Assembly (NCBI GenBank): GCA_965261395.1
Contig: OZ253462.1
Coordinates: 4,096,001-4,160,000 of the forward strand
Length of the DNA: 64,000 bases
Direction: 5' to 3'
Source of the DNA: Candidatus Latescibacterota bacterium
GTDB taxonomy: Bacteria; Latescibacterota; UBA2968; UBA8231
Shown here one piece after another: positions 60,396 to 64,000 of the stretch; position 1 is the first letter of the stretch, and every line of letters starts with the position of its first letter. The notes under the pieces were generated by a model. That model was not told the DNA's origin, searched no databases, and saw only the letters and a program-made list of their open reading frames with translations. The position numbers and the translations under genes are program-made.

Positions 60396-61868
60396 ATGAC
60401 AAGGAGTGAAGAGACGCTACAAATCGCCGGTCAAGTCGGAGCCATGCTCGCGGCCTTGGACCGGCTCTCTCCATTCAGCCGGTTGCTCGAACCCGCTGAG
60501 AAGGATTCGTTGCGTTCCCTGCTGCGCTGTGCGCAGGCGTGTGCCGACAGGCTGGTGGCAGGTAAAGAGGCACAGCGCACTGCGGACGAATTGGCCGCGC
60601 AACACCAGCGTTGCTCTGATGCGCTCCTCGCGGCAGCCCTCAACGGAAATTGGGGCGGTGGCGTGCCGGATTTACAAGGACTATTGCTCAATCGGCTCCT
60701 CGATGGCCAACACCCATTTTTGCGTGCTTGCGAAGAGAGATCTCCAGCAGAGGTTCCCGCCGCGCTACGTCAGGTTGGGTGCCGCGATTTGCAAAGTGCC
60801 GCGGCCTTGGCTCATCCCCTTTGGGGGGTATGGCTGCGACTGATTGGCAGCGATGCGGAGCCTTTGGTCCCCGTGCTCGGGGATGGGGTGGAACCGGCAG
60901 CCGTTGACCAACTGAAAGAGCGTTTTGTCCACAGCGAGGATTGGGCTGAGTTGGCTGGGGCGCTCGGATGCTTGATACACGAGCATGGGCGGGGTGTGCT
61001 GCGCCGATTCCCAGCCTTTCGCTTGGTCGGCAAGGGGGCTAAGCCGGTCTTGGAACCCATCCGCCACTTCGCGGAATTTCCCCTCGGCTGGCTGGAGGGC
61101 AACGAAGCGAGAATCCAAGTGCTTGAGGAAAATACGCGCCATCTTCTCGCTGGTTATCGGGCACACAACGCGCTGATCTGGGGTCCGCGAGGCGGTGGCA
61201 AATCGACGCTAATACGGGCCTTGGTGGGAAAGTTCTTTGAGCGCGGCCTACGCGCCATCGAGATCTCCCCGTCTTGCTACCATCTGTTGCCCGATCTCTT
61301 TGCCCTCGTCCGAGGGCGTCGCCAGCGCTTTGTGGGCGTACTGGACAATGTGTCCTTGGGCCGGGGCGACAACAGCCTGCACCTGCTCTCGCGGGTGCTC
61401 GACGGGGGACTCGAAGCGTGCCCGGACAACTTGGTCTTCTATGCGACCTCCAACTACAAGGATTTAGTTGATCGGGAGGGCGAGCGCCCGCAAGGACTGG
61501 GCCAAATGCAACTAGACGACGAGCGCCCCAACCGAGTCAACCAAGGCATTCAGGCCGAATTCTACGACCCCCAACAACTGCAGCGCCTCGATCAGGAGCG
61601 AGCGCTCGACGACCGTTTTGCGCTCAAGGTCTTCCTCGATTTGCCGAGTAGGCAGCAGTATCGCGCTATGGTCCTGTCCTATGCGCGCCGGGCGGGAATC
61701 GATCTGCCGGAAGAAGACTTATTGGCCGCTTTCGAGGTTTGGCGGATGCGACACAGCCACGACTTAGTGTGCGGCCGGACGGCGCGGGACTTCATCGACG
61801 CGTACTTGCCGCAGTACTTGCGCAGCAAGGGCGAGTCAAATCAATCTTCGAGTAGCTCGATCTCGTAA
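60396..61868 (+). CDS. DUF815-family AAA+ ATPase (alternative start 60384)
   Basis: WGPRGGGKS Walker A, VLDGGLE..P.N..FYATSN, DRF, GRTARDF. Confidence 0.82.
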   Translation: MTRSEETLQIAGQVGAMLAALDRLSPFSRLLEPAEKDSLRSLLRCAQACADRLVAGKEAQRTADELAAQHQRCSDALLAAALNGNWGGGVPDLQGLLLNRLLDGQHPFLRACEERSPAEVPAALRQVGCRDLQSAAALAHPLWGVWLRLIGSDAEPLVPVLGDGVEPAAVDQLKERFVHSEDWAELAGALGCLIHEHGRGVLRRFPAFRLVGKGAKPVLEPIRHFAEFPLGWLEGNEARIQVLEENTRHLLAGYRAHNALIWGPRGGGKSTLIRALVGKFFERGLRAIEISPSCYHLLPDLFALVRGRRQRFVGVLDNVSLGRGDNSLHLLSRVLDGGLEACPDNLVFYATSNYKDLVDREGERPQGLGQMQLDDERPNRVNQGIQAEFYDPQQLQRLDQERALDDRFALKVFLDLPSRQQYRAMVLSYARRAGIDLPEEDLLAAFEVWRMRHSHDLVCGRTARDFIDAYLPQYLRSKGESNQSSSSSIS

Positions 61869-62218
61869 CCGTCGGGATCGTCGATAAAGGCCATCTTGCG
61901 GCCGCTGGGAAAGGTCGTGCGCCAATCACTAGGCCAGATTTCGATCCCGCTGTTTTCCAACGTGTCGCAAAAGCCGATCAAGTCGGGAACCGCGATCGCG
62001 AGGTGCATGAGATCTTCGGGGACGGCAAGCTGGTAATCGGCGGAATAGGTCAGCTCTAGGGTGTGTTCATTGCCGGGCAGTTCGAGATGGGCGATTTGGT
62101 TGCCAGCGGGCGATTTATCGGAACGGCTCCGGACTTCAAAGCCGAGGTGAGTGCAATACCACTCAATGGAACGATCGAGATCGCCGACGCGGATGCGGGT
62201 GTGCAGGAGGCGGGCCAT
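61841..62218 (-). CDS. VOC/glyoxalase family protein (lactoylglutathione lyase-like)
   Basis: LHTRIRVGDLDRSI, LELTY, HLAI, FIDDPDGYEIEL. Confidence 0.9.
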   Translation of the reverse strand: MARLLHTRIRVGDLDRSIEWYCTHLGFEVRSRSDKSPAGNQIAHLELPGNEHTLELTYSADYQLAVPEDLMHLAIAVPDLIGFCDTLENSGIEIWPSDWRTTFPSGRKMAFIDDPDGYEIELLED

Positions 62219-62344
62219 AGGGACATCCTTTCGCGGGTTGTGTAAATTAATTAAGAGAGGTGCTGCTGTGTGTGCAGGCAGTCCCTTGCGCGGGTTGGAA
62301 CAAGGCGCGTAGATTAAATTGGTCAGGGGGGTAGAAGCGAAAAG

Positions 62345-62431
62345 TGGTGCCGAAGAGAGGACTCGAACCTCCACGGGGTTGCCCCCACATGGTCCTGAAC
62401 CATGCGCGTCTACCAATTTCGCCACTTCGGC
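62345..62431 (-). tRNA. tRNA-Leu(CAG)
   Basis: 87 nt, ttCAGga anticodon loop, variable arm, GGTTCGAGTCC, CCA. Confidence 0.97.
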
Positions 62432-62444
62432 AAGTGAACAACAC

Positions 62445-62473
62445 AAATTAAGCGCAGGGCTTGCAGCCGTCAA
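62445..62473 (-). promoter_or_regulatory. tRNA-Leu promoter
   Basis: TTGACG-17 bp-TAATTT. Confidence 0.6.
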
Positions 62474-62503
62474 GCTCGTTTCTTTCGTGAAAATAGGCGG
62501 GTT

Positions 62504-62983
62504 ATGGCCAAAACGGAAAATGGTGCCAAGCGCGAGTTAATTGCCGTGCAAAACCGCAAAGCCCGGCACGACTACGAGGTGATGGGCCGCTATGAGACCG
62601 GCATTGTCTTGCTCGGGACGGAAGTCAAGTCACTGCGCGCCGGACGCGCCAACCTCAAGGATAGTTTTGCCTTAGTTGAACGCGGCGAAATTTTCCTGCA
62701 CAACGTCCACATTGCCCAGTACGAGCGAGGCAATAATTTCAACCACGACCCGGAGCGCGTGCGCAAATTGCTCTTGCATCGCAGCGAAATCCGCAGGTTG
62801 ACAGGGAGGACGCAACAACAGGGCCTTACCTTGGTGCCGCTGAAGATCTACTTCAAGCACGGCAGAGCCAAGGTGGAATTGGCTCTAGTCCGCGGCAAGA
62901 AGCAGTTTGACAAGCGCCAGGCTTTGGCCCAACGCCAGGCCGACCGCGACGTCGACCGGGCCCTCAAGGAGCGACACCGGTGA
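62504..62983 (+). CDS. smpB: SsrA-binding protein
   Basis: [30 protein letters not shown]. Confidence 0.97.
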   Translation: MAKTENGAKRELIAVQNRKARHDYEVMGRYETGIVLLGTEVKSLRAGRANLKDSFALVERGEIFLHNVHIAQYERGNNFNHDPERVRKLLLHRSEIRRLTGRTQQQGLTLVPLKIYFKHGRAKVELALVRGKKQFDKRQALAQRQADRDVDRALKERHR

Positions 62984-63807
62984 GTTTGCCTGCGTCCAAC
63001 CGGGAAGCGACGCGCTGTTCTAAATGCGGCGGTGGAGGTCTGTACTACGACCCGATAGTCAAGGTAGGCCGCTATGGTACGCTTCGGCTTTGCGAGTGCG
63101 TCGAGTGCCGCTGTGGGGAGAGGGCACCCTACCAGTACTGGGACGACGATTCGCGCAACCAGTGGTGTCCCTGCCGTCCCTATCGCCGCAAAATGACGGA
63201 AACTAACCGCCTGTTTCGCCAGGCCGATATCCCCGAGCGCTACAAGTGGAAGTTCGTCGACGACTTCCGGATGGCAGCACCAGACGGGACGCGCATCGAC
63301 CTAGCGGCCACGGTCTATCTCCGCATTCACCAAGACCTGATCGATGCAGCGAAAGAGCCTAAGCGCGGCTATCTCCTCCACGGAAATCCCGGGACGGGCA
63401 AGACCTTGATGGGATGTATTGCACTCAACGAGCTCATGTTGCGCTGGACCAAACCGGGCCGCTTTCTCAAGCTGTCGCTCAATTACTTTCAAAAGCTGCG
63501 CGACAGTTATAACCCCGATAACGTGCATTATGGCCAGACTGGGACAATCCTCGAAGAGTTGTGCAATATGCCTTATCTCGTCATAGACGATTTCGGCGTC
63601 GAGCGGGGGACTGATTGGCAACAGGAAGTACTCTACGATCTCGTAGATGGCCGCTACGGAGACCAGCGATTCACGGTCGTGACTACCAACAAGCCCCTCG
63701 ACGAACTTAAGAAGCTCGCCGAGGGCCGCATCTATTCGCGCCTAGTGGAGATGTGCCAGTTCATCCCCATGGATGGCCCTGATTATCGGAAGTATCTCAA
63801 TGAGTGA
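62980..63807 (+). CDS. DnaC/IstB-like AAA+ ATPase with Cys-rich N-terminus
   Basis: [35 protein letters not shown]. Confidence 0.85.
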   Translation: MSLPASNREATRCSKCGGGGLYYDPIVKVGRYGTLRLCECVECRCGERAPYQYWDDDSRNQWCPCRPYRRKMTETNRLFRQADIPERYKWKFVDDFRMAAPDGTRIDLAATVYLRIHQDLIDAAKEPKRGYLLHGNPGTGKTLMGCIALNELMLRWTKPGRFLKLSLNYFQKLRDSYNPDNVHYGQTGTILEELCNMPYLVIDDFGVERGTDWQQEVLYDLVDGRYGDQRFTVVTTNKPLDELKKLAEGRIYSRLVEMCQFIPMDGPDYRKYLNE

Positions 63808-64000
63808 GACAAGCTGGAAACGCAGTGATGGACGCCGGCCTGCTCAATTGCGGTCGGTGAAAATTTCCCCAAGGTACCTGAAAACGGCTGCTGGATCGGC
63901 CCTGATCGAAATGGGCGATACAAAAGTGCTCTGCACGGTATCGCCCGTCGATGGGGTGCCGCCCTTTCTGGTGGGTACTGGCAAGGGGTGGTTGACTGCG
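63800..64000 (+). CDS. rph: Ribonuclease PH, 5' part (not in the ORF track; runs off the window)
   Basis: [18 protein letters not shown]...[15 protein letters not shown]...VPPFL..GKGWLTA. Confidence 0.92.
   Translation, partial: MSETSWKRSDGRRPAQLRSVKISPRYLKTAAGSALIEMGDTKVLCTVSPVDGVPPFLVGTGKGWLTA

Noticed and set aside
62200-62500. tmRNA next to smpB
   Set aside because: The RNA here is a complete 87-nt tRNA-Leu; no ssrA features seen.
62980-63807. IS21 element or prophage
   Set aside because: No istA, no terminal inverted repeats and no phage genes; it overlaps housekeeping genes on both sides.

Overview
GC-rich bacterial chromosomal window with no rRNA, CRISPR array or intact transposase/integrase. 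It opens inside a repeat-rich Ig-like autotransporter and carries housekeeping genes (lepA, hemW, a sigma-70 factor, mdh, argG, smpB, partial rph) and four tRNAs (Tyr, Lys, Arg, Leu). A long catabolic block encodes amidohydrolases, DHDPS-like, PhyH, SDR and Gfo/Idh/MocA enzymes, three enolase-superfamily enzymes, an MFS transporter and CRTAC1/FlgD-type secreted proteins. A complete alternative complex III + caa3 (A2-type) oxidase operon lies at 47.8-60.0 kb. Most notable accessory structure (10.0-13.4 kb): two diverged copies of the 3' end of an HNH gene each lead into a different winged-helix restriction-like gene. The second gene is split by a 146-bp MITE with TTA target duplication, and a eukaryote-like LRR lipoprotein follows. 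Other leads are an orphan MotA/ExbB-type motor module, a UDG-like + GIY-YIG pair beside a possibly chimeric toxin-antitoxin, a DnaC-like ATPase between smpB and rph, and a structured sigma-factor leader. The gene content resembles Latescibacterota/Gemmatimonadota-like marine sponge symbionts, but that is inference only. All family calls come from motif recognition by eye; no database search was run.
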